64,000 nt of DNA from an uncultured delta proteobacterium (GTDB lineage Bacteria > Desulfobacterota > Desulfomonilia > UBA1062). Of the stretch, positions 52,844 through 64,000 are shown piece by piece (position 1 is the first letter of the stretch; every line of letters begins with the position of its first letter). The stretch lies in the NCBI GenBank assembly GCA_963785235.1, contig CAWAUM010000002.1, forward strand, positions 257,308 through 321,307. The letters run 5' to 3'. Under the pieces are notes generated by a model, which did not search any database, was not told the origin of the DNA, and saw nothing but the letters and a program-made list of their open reading frames with translations. Position numbers and translations under genes: made by a program.

Positions 52844-53859
52844 CTCTCTTTTTCTCCATCCCCTGCCGCGGGATTCGCATCGCTGACAATCCGCCGGATG
52901 CCGTGACCGCTGACGACCTGATACCTGGGCAAGGCCATGGGTTTTTCAGCGCCGGTCACCGGGCGGCGCTCGATCGTGAAGGCCGCCGCATACCCTGCCT
53001 TTTCCGCCTCTTCTTCCAGCCATTCGTCATGGATGCCGAACGGCCAGGCCAGGAGGTCAATTTTCCCGGCCAGATGCCGCTCCAGAACAGACTTTGATTT
53101 CTGCAGCTGCATCCGGACCAGCGCCTCATAGTCGGCCGGTGCAAGCCGCTTCCTTTCCGTCTTGAAGTTGGGATGCCAAAAAGTATGGGAGCCAACGTCG
53201 ACCAGCCCCGTCGCCTGCATTTCCGCAACCTGTTGCCAGGTCAGGGCGTAGGATGCGTTGGATATGGCGGAAGGATAGAGGAACAGGGTGACGGGGACAG
53301 CGTATTGCCTGATTACCGGCAGCATCTCGTACCAGACCGAGCGGTGCCCGTCGTCAACAGTGATGACCACCGCCCGTGGGGGCGGCGGGGGGATTCCATG
53401 GCGCAAAAAGTCGATCAGGCTGCGCAGCGGGATGACGGTATAGCGGTTATCCCTGAGCCAGGCCAAATCCTCCCTGAATTCCCGGGTGGCGACGGTCGTC
53501 GAATCCGTCCCCGTCGCAGCGAACCGGTGATAGACCAGCACAGGTACCCGCACCTCCGCCGTCCCGCTGACCAACTCATTGACCCAGAAGAAAATGAGAA
53601 ACGCAATGCCGGGTATGATTGTGAGCATCCGAACCAAATTCCCCTCCCTCGACTGCATGTCCGGAACTATAAAGAATCCCTGCGAAAAGCCATCTTGTCC
53701 AACGGAAAGAATAATACAGGACAGGACAAGTAGCCAGACCATCTTGAGCGATGACTGAGGATAATCCGCGCAATCTCCCCGGAGCAGCTCTTTTCCTTGA
53801 CCAGGCCCGCAAAACGGTGCGAGAATACCTCCAGGCGCCGTACCAAACATCACCCGCAC
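52840..53859 (-). CDS. Polysaccharide deacetylase (CE4); start uncertain
   Basis: PVLVYH, ITVDDG, GSHTFWH and AWPFG. Confidence 0.85.
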   Translation of the reverse strand: MRVMFGTAPGGILAPFCGPGQGKELLRGDCADYPQSSLKMVWLLVLSCIILSVGQDGFSQGFFIVPDMQSREGNLVRMLTIIPGIAFLIFFWVNELVSGTAEVRVPVLVYHRFAATGTDSTTVATREFREDLAWLRDNRYTVIPLRSLIDFLRHGIPPPPPRAVVITVDDGHRSVWYEMLPVIRQYAVPVTLFLYPSAISNASYALTWQQVAEMQATGLVDVGSHTFWHPNFKTERKRLAPADYEALVRMQLQKSKSVLERHLAGKIDLLAWPFGIHDEWLEEEAEKAGYAAAFTIERRPVTGAEKPMALPRYQVVSGHGIRRIVSDANPAAGDGEKER

Positions 53860-53967
53860 GGTCCCGTCATGAGTAATGAATGGGGCGCTTTATTGATCAC
53901 TCAATTCCATTTGCACGCGCCCGGATGAGACTTACTCGCGGCATCCACTCAACGAAAGGAGAAGGCC

Positions 53968-54936
53968 ATGTTAATAGTAACTAATCGAAATGTTATCGAA
54001 AGTAACTTCAAAAACGGCGTCGGAAATGAAGACGGTTTTGGCGAACATGTAAACGCCAAAGGTCCAAATGAGTTACGGCTGGCCCAGGCGGAAAAGAAAG
54101 AGACCGGCTGGGTCCTGCGCCTGATCGCCGAACCCGCGAACATGACGAGGGAGAACGTTCCTTCCCGGGTCCAGTTTGAGAAACTTGTAAAACGATGTTT
54201 GGCGCAGAAGAAAAACTGTCTTTTTTATGTGCATGGCTACAACAAGCCGTTTACGGAAACCCTTGAGCAGGGATGGCTTTTGCAGGAGCGGTATGGACTT
54301 GAAGTTGTCGTCTTTTCCTGGCCATCGAATACGGGCGGTATGATGCCGGTTGAGTACAGGGATGCCCGTCGGATTGCACAGGCCTCCTTCGGCGCGTTTG
54401 ATTCCCTGATCGAGAAATTCAGTATCTACCTGCGTGAATGGCAGACGCCGATGGACGAGACCGCCCTGCTGAAGTGTGAAATTACTGTAAACCTTATGGC
54501 TCACAGCCTTGGCAATTACCTTTTTGAGCATTATGTGCACAGCACTGCATACCAGGCCGAGACCAGGATTTTCACGAATGTCGTATTGAGCCAGGCGGAT
54601 GTCAACAGCGTTAACCATAGAAGCTGGGTTGACAAAATTGTGGCAGGCCAGCGCGTCTATGTGACGATCAACGAAAACGACAAGATCTTGGGTTGGTCCG
54701 AAACCCTCAATCCCCCGCGATTGGGAAAAACCCTTGCGAATCTCGAATCGCCGAATGCCACCTATTTCGATTTCACCGGCGGCAAGAAAGTGGGCAGCAA
54801 GCATCAATTATGGGGTGAGGTAAAAAACCCGGTTGTTACGGCCTATTTTCAAGCCGTACTGAACGGCGGACGGGGCGAGGACATTGTTGGATTTGACTTC
54901 AGCGACCGTCTCAACGCATTTCGGATTCTCTCGTGA
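53968..54936 (+). CDS. Alpha/beta hydrolase (DUF900-like)
   Basis: YVHGYN, FSWPS, AHSLG nucleophile elbow and RLG. Confidence 0.8.
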   Translation: MLIVTNRNVIESNFKNGVGNEDGFGEHVNAKGPNELRLAQAEKKETGWVLRLIAEPANMTRENVPSRVQFEKLVKRCLAQKKNCLFYVHGYNKPFTETLEQGWLLQERYGLEVVVFSWPSNTGGMMPVEYRDARRIAQASFGAFDSLIEKFSIYLREWQTPMDETALLKCEITVNLMAHSLGNYLFEHYVHSTAYQAETRIFTNVVLSQADVNSVNHRSWVDKIVAGQRVYVTINENDKILGWSETLNPPRLGKTLANLESPNATYFDFTGGKKVGSKHQLWGEVKNPVVTAYFQAVLNGGRGEDIVGFDFSDRLNAFRILS

Positions 54937-55009
54937 GACAGGCACTCCCGCCTCCCCTAATGGTTCCAATGTGCCCGCTCTGATCGCAACCTTGATCGGA
55001 TCTCAGCGC

Positions 55010-55348
55010 TCAGCCGCCATAGCCGAGGCCGAGATATCTGGCCAGGGCCACCAGCCCCATGCCGACGATGACGGTGGCGAAGAGGCTTTTGCTCTTCCAG
55101 GCCACCGGGAAGGCTATCAGGGCCGTCCAGAAGAAAATATTGTCGAAACCCAGATCGAGGCGCTTCTCGGGGATCAGCAGCGGCGGCACCAGCATCGCCG
55201 CCAGCACCGCCGGCGGCACCAGACGCAGCCAGGCCACCAGCAGGGGCCGCAGGGTCCTGCCGCTCAAGAAGAGGATGGGCAGCAGGCGCGGCAGATAAGT
55301 GACCACCGCCATACCGACCATGGTCAGGAGGATCAGCCCCTGGTCCAT
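55010..55348 (-). CDS. azlD: Branched-chain amino acid exporter small subunit
   Basis: GMAVVTYLPRLLP and VPPAVLAAMLVP; follows azlC. Confidence 0.85.
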   Translation of the reverse strand: MDQGLILLTMVGMAVVTYLPRLLPILFLSGRTLRPLLVAWLRLVPPAVLAAMLVPPLLIPEKRLDLGFDNIFFWTALIAFPVAWKSKSLFATVIVGMGLVALARYLGLGYGG

Positions 55349-56034
55349 CGTTCGACCCCCAGTCCGAAGGTGGCGCCGGCCACGGTCGCCACGATGATAT
55401 GGAACTGGTGCCAACCCGCCAGGTACAGGCCGGTCGCCAGCGCCCCCGAGAAAATGGCGGTGGCCACCCGCACCGGATTGCTGCACTGGCTGACCAGGAG
55501 GCCGATAAACATGGCGGAGAGGGCGTAATCCAGGCCAAGCGGTTTGACATCGCCGATCAGATTCGAGGCGACGATACCGAGCACAGTCCCCAGCACCCAG
55601 GAGGCCTGGGCGGTGACATTGAGGCTCAGGGCCTCGAGCGGACAGCTGTTGAGGGTCTTGGCGGCCGAGGAATGGAGGGCGAAGGTCTCGTCGGTCAACT
55701 CAAAGGCAAAGAAGGCCAGATGCCTCTTCCTCCAACCTGCCAGATAGGGCGTCAGCGAAGCGGCCATCAGCAGGTGCCTGAGATTGACGACAAAGGTGGT
55801 GAGGATAACGGCAGCCGCGCCGGTGCCGCTGGCGAACAGCCCTACGGCGATGAACTGGGCTGAGCCGGCAAAGACGATCAGGGACATGATCAGGGTATTG
55901 GCGGACGAAATGCCGCTTTTGCCGGCCAGGACCCCGTAGGCAAAGCCGATCGGGATATAGCCCAGGACAATGGGCAGAGCCCGCCGGACGCCTTTGAGAC
56001 AGGCCGCGGTGCGTGAATTTGCTGTTTCGTTCAT
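55333..56034 (-). CDS. azlC: Branched-chain amino acid exporter permease
   Basis: MSLIVFAGSAQF, VNLRHLLM and LTDETFA. Confidence 0.9.
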   Translation of the reverse strand: MNETANSRTAACLKGVRRALPIVLGYIPIGFAYGVLAGKSGISSANTLIMSLIVFAGSAQFIAVGLFASGTGAAAVILTTFVVNLRHLLMAASLTPYLAGWRKRHLAFFAFELTDETFALHSSAAKTLNSCPLEALSLNVTAQASWVLGTVLGIVASNLIGDVKPLGLDYALSAMFIGLLVSQCSNPVRVATAIFSGALATGLYLAGWHQFHIIVATVAGATFGLGVERWTRG

Positions 56035-56357
56035 GACTGATGTTTCGAAAAGCCAGGGATAAGAAAAAAGCGACGAACTGCAAGTGTGCAATAATTCGGA
56101 AACAAAAGCAAGGCGGGATTGGCAGGGAGGCAGTGAAATCGAGAAAAAAGGAGAAAGATGCATCGTCCGGCCGGGCAGCACCTCTCCCCTTTTCTCGGGT
56201 ATCCTCCTCGCAGGAATGCTTGATTGGCCCGGTTGATGATCAAGCCGCACTTCAGACAGGGATAGATCGTGTAGTCCCCGGCTTCTCCCGCCGGCCCTGC
56301 AGGCCGGCGGGAGTGCTCATCGGTATTGATCCATAAATAAACCTACATCCTCCGGGT

Positions 56358-58487
56358 TCACCAGTGGGTTGACCAGGCTGCTCGGGACCGATCCGGTACG
56401 GCCGCATCATCTCGTTGTCCTCGTGCTCGACGATATGGCAGTGCCAGACGAACTGCCCGGGTGTGTTGAACTGCGCCTTGATGCGGGTGACCTGCCCGGG
56501 ATAGGCGATAACCGTATCCTTGAAGCCGGATCTCCCATGGCTCGGGCAGTGTTGGATCGCCAACCAGTTGAATCGGCTGGACGACCTCGCCATCGTCATC
56601 AAGCACCAATCCCTGGCGGTTCACGACCTCGAAAACGACTTCGTGCACATGCATCGGATGGGCGTCGCCGGTGGTGTTGTACAACTCCCAAATCTCGGTG
56701 GCGCCCACGGCCGGGTTCTCGGTGACGGGTTCCATCCACATCTTTTCCATCGGCATGCCTTCCGCATCAACCGTGCCGAGGAGGGCCTCGACAGGACCGT
56801 CATCGATGGATCATGACCCCATCATCTCGATAAGCGCCAGCGGACGAGTGACCGTTTCACCGGAAGAGGTGCGATGGCAGGCAGCTGCAGGAATTGCGGC
56901 GGCGTGGTGGGGTCAGCGCGCGACGGCCGGCACGACCCGAAATTGCATGATCTGGCCGGTAGTTGTCCGGGTCGGCCGAATCGGGAAATCTACACCGGGT
57001 ACGCCGCCGCCGAACGGTTCATCCGGCCCGACATTGCCAAGGACATAGTTCCCCACCGGCACGTTGGTGAAGTCCACGATGATGTCGGCGCGCTCGGCGA
57101 GTCCGAGCAGGAGCCTGTTGCCGTGGTCGCGGTGATATTCACCGGCGCGGCAAGGAAACCGCCCTCGTTGCCGATCGCCCAGACCTCGACACCGGGGATA
57201 CTGTTGAAATCGAGAATCAGAAAGCGCGACTGGCAGCCGTTGAGGAACCTGAAGCGGTAGCGTCTCTGCTCCACCGTCTGGAACGGCCAGGTGTTGCCGT
57301 TGACCATGATGCAGTTGCCGAAGAACTCGGGATTCCAAATGGGTGAGAATTCCTCGGGAATATAACCACCGGAATATAAGGTCCTGACGATTCCGTCAAA
57401 AAATGCCCTGGTGTCCGGATAGAACAGCGACCCGTCGTCATTGAACGAACGGTCCTGGATGGCGATCGGAATCTCGTAGTAGGTCTTGTTCGGCGGAAAT
57501 TTATCGCCTTCCTTCGGTGCCGGGCCGGGGAGCACGGCAACAGTGCCGGATCGCGTATCAAGCACCGCCTTATCCCCGGCCGGGCCGCCGCGGATGATGT
57601 AGAAGCCTGCCGGACCGGCATAGACGTTCAGCCGGGTCATGCCGAGCGTATGGTCATGGTACCAGACGGTCGAGGCCCGGTTGATGGTTCGGGTACTGGA
57701 AGGTGGCGAATCCCGGTCCCCAGGTCGCACCGAATTTCGCCACGGCCTTGCCGGCGAAAAAGTCATACCAGGTGCCCTCGGTGGCATAGCCTGCGGGAAT
57801 ATTGTTCGCCGCCGGCAGGAACCAGGCCTCGGGATAGCCGTCACTCTCGTCGCCGACACCGATGGCGCCGTGCACGTGGGTGACTATCGGCACGGGTCCG
57901 GTGTAGGGGCCGGGTGTCTCGGTAAAGGTGGGACGGGTATCCCTGCCCATCGTCCCCCCGGGCGGGTTGGCCCAGTGGAGGGTCGGATCGACCGGCAGCA
58001 GGTGCGGCAGGTAATTTCCATTGGCGTCCTTCAGGTCGTTGATCCACTTGACACGGACAGGCCGGCCCACCTGGGCCTCAATGGTCAGCGACGGGGCGTT
58101 GTGGACCAGCAACGGGTTTTTGCTCCGCGCCTGTGACCGCACCGTAGCCCCAGACAGTAGTTGTCGGTAGCCCAGCCGGCAGAATCTGCTGTGTGAACTG
58201 TTTCACCGAGATCTCGTAATAATCGACGGGCTTGCCCCCCTTTGGATTAATGGTACCGGCCTTCGGCATGACCGGCGGGATCAGCATCGGCGTGGCAAAT
58301 TTTGGTACACTAAGCGGATCGAGGGTGCCGCCGGGAATGGCCACGCATAGGCCTTCGGCAGTCTGAACTGCCAGGGCAACGCCAACCCTGCCGCCCCGAT
58401 AAGTCCGGCCTTCAAGACCTGCCGCCGGGTCCAGGCGATCGTCACCGGATTCTTTATCCTTTTGTTTTTTTTCCGTTTACCAGCCAT
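56358..58487 (-). CDS. Tat-exported multicopper oxidase (CotA/bilirubin-oxidase-like), split by several frameshifts
   Basis: TRRQVLK Tat signal; THVHG, WYHDH, HPMHVH and WHCHIVEHEDNEMM copper motifs spread over about seven overlapping ORFs. The 3' end is approximate. Confidence 0.85.
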
Positions 58488-59340
58488 TGTTTGCCTCCTT
58501 TATTGATGGTTAATATTGAGGGTAGTGACGATATATGAGGATAGGATGTATCCCACCTCCTGCCATGGATCCTGACGATTTCCTGATCGGCAAACTGACC
58601 GATTGAAATTTCAGGAATCAATATCAACATATTGGTGGACAATGGTGAACAAAAAGAACGGTAAAGAATGAGCCCTTACCCGGATGGCTCTCAATGCCTC
58701 CGGCATTTTCCCTGGGTTTCCCTGGTGTCCAGGCGCCCCTCATCGGCGAAACACCATTTCGAACAGGCTGTTGCCCCTAGGAAAATCGTATCAAAAGCAT
58801 GTGCAAAAGCAATGGTAAAAATATGAGATATATATGATATATAAATTATCATACAATCAATGGCGCATACGGATTTTGGCGGCCAGGAGGCCGATGACGA
58901 TTGCGGGGAGAACCGCTTGTTCAGGCGTGCGCCGCGGATGGTTCGGAACCGGTGCCTTTGCCCTCAGGCTTGGAGTCCAACATGTTGTTTAAGGTCCGGA
59001 GCTTGCCTTCACTTCCGTAATGCTGGTCCCGAAGACCTGCGATCGGTTATGTTGCGGCTGAAAAGGGTGAACGCCGTGATTGTGACGTTTTTATCAGGTG
59101 CGGGATAGCTGGAATGGTCGATGAAAATTTTGTTACGCTTGATGTCGTGAGGAATGGAACAGGGAAATCCTTCTTCAAAATCTCGATTATTATCTCTGAA
59201 CGCCTCAACGGGCGAACTTGAGGCCTGGTTCCGTCTAGTCTGCCAGAAACTCACGGTTGATCCTCCGGGCCGGGTTTGCCGCCCACTCAATGAGATGGGC
59301 CTCACCCCGCCCACACAATCCCCTGCCCTTTTCCCAGATC

Positions 59341-59382
59341 AAAAAAATGCCCTTACGGTTCGCGATTGAACCGTAAGGGCAT
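59341..59382 (-). terminator. Intrinsic terminator
   Basis: ATGCCCTTACGGTTC-GCGATT-GAACCGTAAGGGCAT perfect stem with a T-run on the minus strand. Confidence 0.85.
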
Positions 59383-59416
59383 CCTCCCAAAAATCCGGTC
59401 AGGCTTGAGGCAGCTG

Positions 59417-59836
59417 TTACGGGAATTCGATGGTAGCGGACGCCTCACCTTTCTTGTCAATGGCGCTGACCTTCAATTCCAGGCTGTTGTTGCGAAAGCC
59501 GATGGCCAGCAGCGATTTGTCCTTGCTCTTGTCAAGGTGGGCGATCTCCCTGATCGCTTTGATGATCTTCCCGCCGATTTCCGAACCGGGGGGCGGGAGT
59601 TCCGTTTTCTTGTATTTGGCCATGACTGTGACGGCGCCATCCTGGTCCTGCTGAACGGTAATCTTTTCCGCATTGTTGTTGATGCCATGCAGAACCGCCA
59701 GGGCAAGCCACTTCACCACCGCTTCGTCGGTGTCTTTATCCTTTTGTATTTTGGACATTTCCTTGAGCGGATCGTTCGTTGCATAACAATCGCACATTTC
59801 CTGGACTTTCAGGTGCAGATTTGTGGAATCTTTCAT
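59417..59836 (-). CDS. Hypothetical protein, 139 aa
   Basis: GGAG RBS, followed by a terminator; N-terminus HLKVQEMCDCYATNDPLKEMS. Confidence 0.7.
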   Translation of the reverse strand: MKDSTNLHLKVQEMCDCYATNDPLKEMSKIQKDKDTDEAVVKWLALAVLHGINNNAEKITVQQDQDGAVTVMAKYKKTELPPPGSEIGGKIIKAIREIAHLDKSKDKSLLAIGFRNNSLELKVSAIDKKGEASATIEFP

Positions 59837-60091
59837 ACGGGTTCTCCCTGGTATTGGTTATGTTCGTTTACGTCTCAGATACGGGTTGAATGCCGCTTAC
59901 GGAAAATCTTTTACCGCCTGTTCGGGTACTGCAAACTGACCTGTCTCAGCTGATACGCACTAGGTGGCTGAGGAGGCGAAATACATGAAGCATCTGTAAT
60001 GGTTTCATGTTTTGACCTTTTCCAGATAATAAGCACGTACCTGGGAATTGCTTGCAGCCATACATCGTTTTATCCACCTTTCATTCTCCGC

Positions 60092-62260
60092 TTAGCCTTT
60101 CCCCATCGCCGCAAGTACCTTGTCTGCTGTCAGGGGCAAAGAACGCACCCGGGCGCCGGAGACGGCGAAGAGTGCGTTGGTTACCGCCGGAGCGATTGGC
60201 GGTACGCCGGGCTCGCCGATTCCGCCGGGGTTTTCGGTGCTCGGCACGATGTGCACCTCGATTTCCGGGGTCTCGTCCAGCCGCAGAAGCGGATAGTCAT
60301 CGAAATTGCCCTGTTCGACCCGGCCGTCCTTCAAGGTGATGGCTCCATGCAGGGCGGCGGTGAGGCCGAAGACGATCCCCGACTCCATCTGCGCCGCGAT
60401 GGTGTCGGGATTGACGATACGGCCGCAGTCGACGGCGCAGACCACGCGGTGCACCCGTACGCCTCCGGCCTTATTCACCGAGACCTCCGCCACCTGGGCG
60501 ATGAAGCTGCCGAAAGAGGAGTGGACCGCGACACCCATGCCGCGTCCGGCCGGCAGCGGTTTGCCCCAACCGGCTTTCTGTACTGCCAGTTCCAGCACGC
60601 CGAGGTGACGGGGGTGTTTCGCGAGCAGCGTCCGCCGCAACTCCACGGGATCACGGCCGGCAGCGTGGGCGACCTCGTCGAGGAAGCTTTCGACCACGAA
60701 GGCGGTGTGGGAGTGGCCTACCGACCGCCACCACAACACCGGCACCGGCTGCGTCGGGCTGTGCAGATCGACGAGGATGTTGGGAATGGCGTACGGGGTA
60801 TCGGCGGCTCCCTCCACCGAGGTCTCGTCGATCCCCTCTTTGATCATCCCCGCGAAGGCGGTTCCAGCCATGATCGACTGGCCGACGATGGTGTGCCGCC
60901 AGCAGTCCACCCCCCCCTTGGCGTCGAGACCGGCCGCGATGCGGTCGTACCAGAAAGGACGATAGTAGCCGGCACGCGTGTCGTCCTCCCGGGTGCGGAT
61001 AACCTTGACCGGTTTGCCGATCGCCTTGGCCACCTGCACCGCCTCAACGACGAAGTCCGATGTGGGGGTGGCGCGGCGGCCGAAACCGCCGCCGAGGAAG
61101 GTAGTGTGGACCCGCACCTTCTCCGGCGGCAGGCCGGAGACGCGGGCAGCGGCGTCGCGGTCTCCGGTCTGCATCTGGGTGCCGGTATAGACATCGCAGC
61201 CGTCGGGGCGTAAATCGACGCAGCAGTTGAGCGGCTCCATCGGGGCATGGGCGAGATAGGGCACCTCGTACTCGGCCTCAAGGGTCTTCGCTGCCCGGGC
61301 CATGGCGGCCTGAACGTCCCCCTCCAGGCGGGCGGGGAGTCCTGGGGTGCGAGCCAGCGCGGCGTACTGCCGCCTCATCTCCTCGGATGAAAGCTTCGCC
61401 CCCGGGCCTTCATCCCAGCTGATCTGCAAGACATCACGTCCATGCAGCGCCGGCCAGAAGCGGTCGGCGACCACCGCTACCCCGGCCGGTATCGCCACCA
61501 CAGCCTTTACCCCGGGCACCGCCTTGGCCTTCTCATCGTCGACCTTCTTAAGGGTGGCTCCGAAGACCGGCGGTCGGGCAATGACTGCAACCAGCATGCC
61601 GGGAAGCTGCACGTCAATGCCGAAAACGGCGGTGCCGTTGACCTTGGCCGGACTGTCGAGTCGGTGGACCGGCTGGCCGATCAGTGTATAACGCGCCGGG
61701 TCCTTGAGCTTCACCTGTTCGGGAACGGGCAGCTCCGAGGCCTTTGCCGCCAATTCGCCGTAGCTGAGTTTGCGGCCGTCGGGATGGATGACCTGGCCCT
61801 TCTCGGTCCGGCAGGCGGCGGGGTCGGCCTGCCAGGTCTGCGCCGCCGCCTGGACAAGCATGGTCCGGGCCGTGGCGCCGGCCAGGGCCAGGCGTTGCCA
61901 TTCGGTGCGGACACTGGTGCTGCCGCCGGTCACCTGGCTGCCGAATTCGGTGTGGTTATATATCGGTGCGACCGGAGCGGCTTCCACCCGTACCTTCTGC
62001 CAGTCGCAGTCCAGTTCCTCGGCAACAATCATCGGCAGCGAGGTGTAAACCCCCTGGCCCATCTCCGATTTGTTGTCGATAATAGTCACCGATCCATCAG
62101 TACCGATGCGCAGAAAGGCTTTCGGCCAAACATTGGCAGCCGGTTCTGCGGCCCCGGCCTGATCGGAGAACGGAAGGTACCAGGCCAGCACCAGGCCGCC
62201 GCCGAGCGCGATGCCGGTCTTGAGGAGGTAGCGTCTGTCCAGCTTGATGATATCGTTCAT
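60092..62260 (-). CDS. iorB: Isoquinoline 1-oxidoreductase beta-like molybdopterin subunit
   Basis: Twin-Arg N-terminus, EMGQG, TGGSTS, HAPMEP, GGGFGRR, WRSVGHS and GGIGEP. Confidence 0.88.
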   Translation of the reverse strand: MNDIIKLDRRYLLKTGIALGGGLVLAWYLPFSDQAGAAEPAANVWPKAFLRIGTDGSVTIIDNKSEMGQGVYTSLPMIVAEELDCDWQKVRVEAAPVAPIYNHTEFGSQVTGGSTSVRTEWQRLALAGATARTMLVQAAAQTWQADPAACRTEKGQVIHPDGRKLSYGELAAKASELPVPEQVKLKDPARYTLIGQPVHRLDSPAKVNGTAVFGIDVQLPGMLVAVIARPPVFGATLKKVDDEKAKAVPGVKAVVAIPAGVAVVADRFWPALHGRDVLQISWDEGPGAKLSSEEMRRQYAALARTPGLPARLEGDVQAAMARAAKTLEAEYEVPYLAHAPMEPLNCCVDLRPDGCDVYTGTQMQTGDRDAAARVSGLPPEKVRVHTTFLGGGFGRRATPTSDFVVEAVQVAKAIGKPVKVIRTREDDTRAGYYRPFWYDRIAAGLDAKGGVDCWRHTIVGQSIMAGTAFAGMIKEGIDETSVEGAADTPYAIPNILVDLHSPTQPVPVLWWRSVGHSHTAFVVESFLDEVAHAAGRDPVELRRTLLAKHPRHLGVLELAVQKAGWGKPLPAGRGMGVAVHSSFGSFIAQVAEVSVNKAGGVRVHRVVCAVDCGRIVNPDTIAAQMESGIVFGLTAALHGAITLKDGRVEQGNFDDYPLLRLDETPEIEVHIVPSTENPGGIGEPGVPPIAPAVTNALFAVSGARVRSLPLTADKVLAAMGKG

Positions 62261-62718
62261 TTGCCACCTCCTTTCGGCTCCGCCGCCACCTGGTGAATCG
62301 CCTTGCGGATGCGCGGGTAGGTGCCGCAGCGGCAGAGATTGTCGCCCATGGCGCTATCGATCTCGGCATCGCTTGGTTGAGGTTTGTTCTGCAACAGGGC
62401 GGCCGCCGTCATGATCTGACCCGGCTGGCAGTAGCCGCACTGGGAGACTTCCTCATCCAGCCAGGCCTGCTTGACGGGGTGGTTCTCCGGCAGTCCTTCG
62501 ATCGTGACAATTTCCTTTCCCTGCATATTTTCCACCGGAGTGACGCACGAACGAACCGGATCGCCGCCGACATGCACGGTGCATGCGCCGCATATTCCCT
62601 CGCCGCAGCCGAACTTGGTGCCGGTCAGCTGCAGTTCTTCACGCAACACCCACAGCAGGGGTGTATCGGGAGTTACGGAAACCTCATGTTTTTTGCCGTT
62701 TACGTCCAGTGTGATCAT
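62257..62718 (-). CDS. iorA: [2Fe-2S] subunit (IorA-like)
   Basis: [23 protein letters not shown] and NLCRCGTY. Confidence 0.9.
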   Translation of the reverse strand: MITLDVNGKKHEVSVTPDTPLLWVLREELQLTGTKFGCGEGICGACTVHVGGDPVRSCVTPVENMQGKEIVTIEGLPENHPVKQAWLDEEVSQCGYCQPGQIMTAAALLQNKPQPSDAEIDSAMGDNLCRCGTYPRIRKAIHQVAAEPKGGGK

Positions 62719-63016
62719 TTTTTCCTCCCCTTGCAAGATTCAGACGGCGACTTCCCCGTGAGGTGGAAGCACCTTCAGGTTGCGCACCAGCTCCCGCCAA
62801 CGGCGTGACCAGTGTGTCCGGAAAAGATTCTGACGGTAACTGAGCCCTCATTTCGGCTTCATATGCATATAAGGATATAACAAGGCACTCCGCTCTTGCA
62901 AGGGGAGGGGAAGATCGGACAGGCTTTTTTTGTTATCGCCGCAGGGTTTTTGAATCAGTCGCCTTGTATTTTCAAGCCGTTGCAGGCAGAACACTGCGGC
63001 TGAAGCGACTATGCGT

Positions 63017-63847
63017 CTACAATGCCGACTGCCGGCAGCCGCGAGACGGCTGCCGGTGGATATATGATTCCGCTTCACTGACTTTGCCGGTCGGCGGCTT
63101 CATGAACGAGGTCATCATCTCCATCGGAATGGGGAAGATAATGGTGTTCGAGGTATTCTTCGTTGAAATATCGGCCAGGGTCTGAAGATAGCGAAGCTGC
63201 AGGGCCTGGGGGTTGCGGGAGATGACCTCGGCTGCCGACAGCAGCTTTTCCGAGGCCTGGAATTCGCCCTCCGAATTGATGACCTTGGCCCGTCTTTCCC
63301 GTTCCGCCTCCGCCTGTCTGGCGATGGCCCGGATCATCGACTCGTTGAGGTCGATATGCTTTATCTCGACGTTGATCACCTTAATTCCCCAGGCGTCGGC
63401 CCGCATGTCGATGATCTCCTGGATGTCGTTGTTCAGTTTCTCCCGCTCTGCCAGCATTTCGTCAAGTTCGTGCTGACCGAGTACCGACCGCAGGGTCGTC
63501 TGGGACAACTGGTTGATCGCGTTCATGAAATCCTCAACCTGGATGATCGCCTTTTCCGGGTCGACAACCCGAAAATAGAGGACGGCGTTGACCCGTACCG
63601 TGACATTGTCCCGGGAGATGACATCCTGGGGCGGGACATCCAGCGTCACTACCCGCAGATCGACCTTGAAGGCCCGCTGCACACCGGGAACGATGATGCG
63701 CAACCCGGGCTGTTTGACAGTCTGGAACCTGCCCAGAAAGAGGACGACCAGTCTCTCGTATTCGGCAACGATCCTGAAAGAGATGGCTATCAGGCCAATG
63801 ATCAGGGCCAGCGGGGCTACATATTGCAGTAGATTAGGTGAAATCAT
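63017..63847 (-). CDS. Stomatin/slipin SPFH-domain protein
   Basis: EYER.V...LGR, QDVISRDNV, QTTLRSVLG, QAEAERERRA and LQLRYLQTL. Confidence 0.92.
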   Translation of the reverse strand: MISPNLLQYVAPLALIIGLIAISFRIVAEYERLVVLFLGRFQTVKQPGLRIIVPGVQRAFKVDLRVVTLDVPPQDVISRDNVTVRVNAVLYFRVVDPEKAIIQVEDFMNAINQLSQTTLRSVLGQHELDEMLAEREKLNNDIQEIIDMRADAWGIKVINVEIKHIDLNESMIRAIARQAEAERERRAKVINSEGEFQASEKLLSAAEVISRNPQALQLRYLQTLADISTKNTSNTIIFPIPMEMMTSFMKPPTGKVSEAESYIHRQPSRGCRQSAL

Positions 63848-63848
63848 C

Positions 63849-64000
63849 TCAGTGCTCCTCCTTGATCTTTTCCACGGTCAGGATCAGTCCCTCCTTGGCC
63901 GTAACCTTTACTTTTTCGCCTCTTTGCAGCTTTTCCGCAGTTTCTGCTGCCAGGATTGCCCCATCAGCCAGATCCTGCCTTCCCCGCTGAAATCCTCGCG
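63849..64000 (-). CDS. nfeD: NfeD C-terminal OB-fold fragment (partial, with a small frameshift)
   Basis: GEGRIWLMGQSW / AETAEKLQRGEKVKVTAKEGLILTVE; directly upstream of the stomatin gene. Confidence 0.75.
   Translation of the reverse strand, partial: RGFQRGRQDLADGAILAAETAEKLQRGEKVKVTAKEGLILTVEKIKEEH

Noticed and set aside
56358-58487. Multicopper oxidase as a true pseudogene or programmed frameshift
   Set aside because: All four copper motifs are intact and indels occur throughout the window, so error is more likely; reads are needed to confirm.

Overview
This window is deltaproteobacterial-type (Desulfobacterota-like) DNA that appears to be two unrelated pieces joined at about 24,400, where glyS stops mid-gene and an L,D-transpeptidase starts mid-gene. 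Several conserved or essential genes (U32 protein, recO, glyQ, a sigma54 activator, a multicopper oxidase, nfeD) carry small frameshifts, most likely sequencing errors. The left part holds an 8.3-kb island inserted in tRNA-Arg(CCT). It is bounded by an exact 42-bp direct repeat, has candidate arm-type sites and encodes no integrase. Its cargo is a primase-like gene, a selenocysteine peroxiredoxin with a SECIS hairpin, katG, perR/fur, a DUF5661 gene, and two convergent sigma54-driven mini-operons that each pair a small 2-TM protein with an orphan AtpZ/AtpI-like protein. Housekeeping genes follow. The right part holds an Nth-ExoIII fusion facing mutY, an eroded attC-cassette-like stretch, and the most striking locus (about 34-45.8 kb). 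That locus combines an NsrA-like FecR-TPR-beta-barrel receptor, a small protein with a C-terminal Cys pair, a CHASE2 nucleotidyl cyclase with atypical specificity residues, and a GAF-sigma54 activator. Beside the activator lie three homologous sigma54 promoter modules, two of which precede paralogous small membrane peptides that bracket a radical SAM/SPASM enzyme. The rest is metabolic: Mo-storage-like protein, MFS, AzlCD, multicopper oxidase, IorAB and stomatin/NfeD. All functional calls come from motif recognition by eye; no database searches were run.
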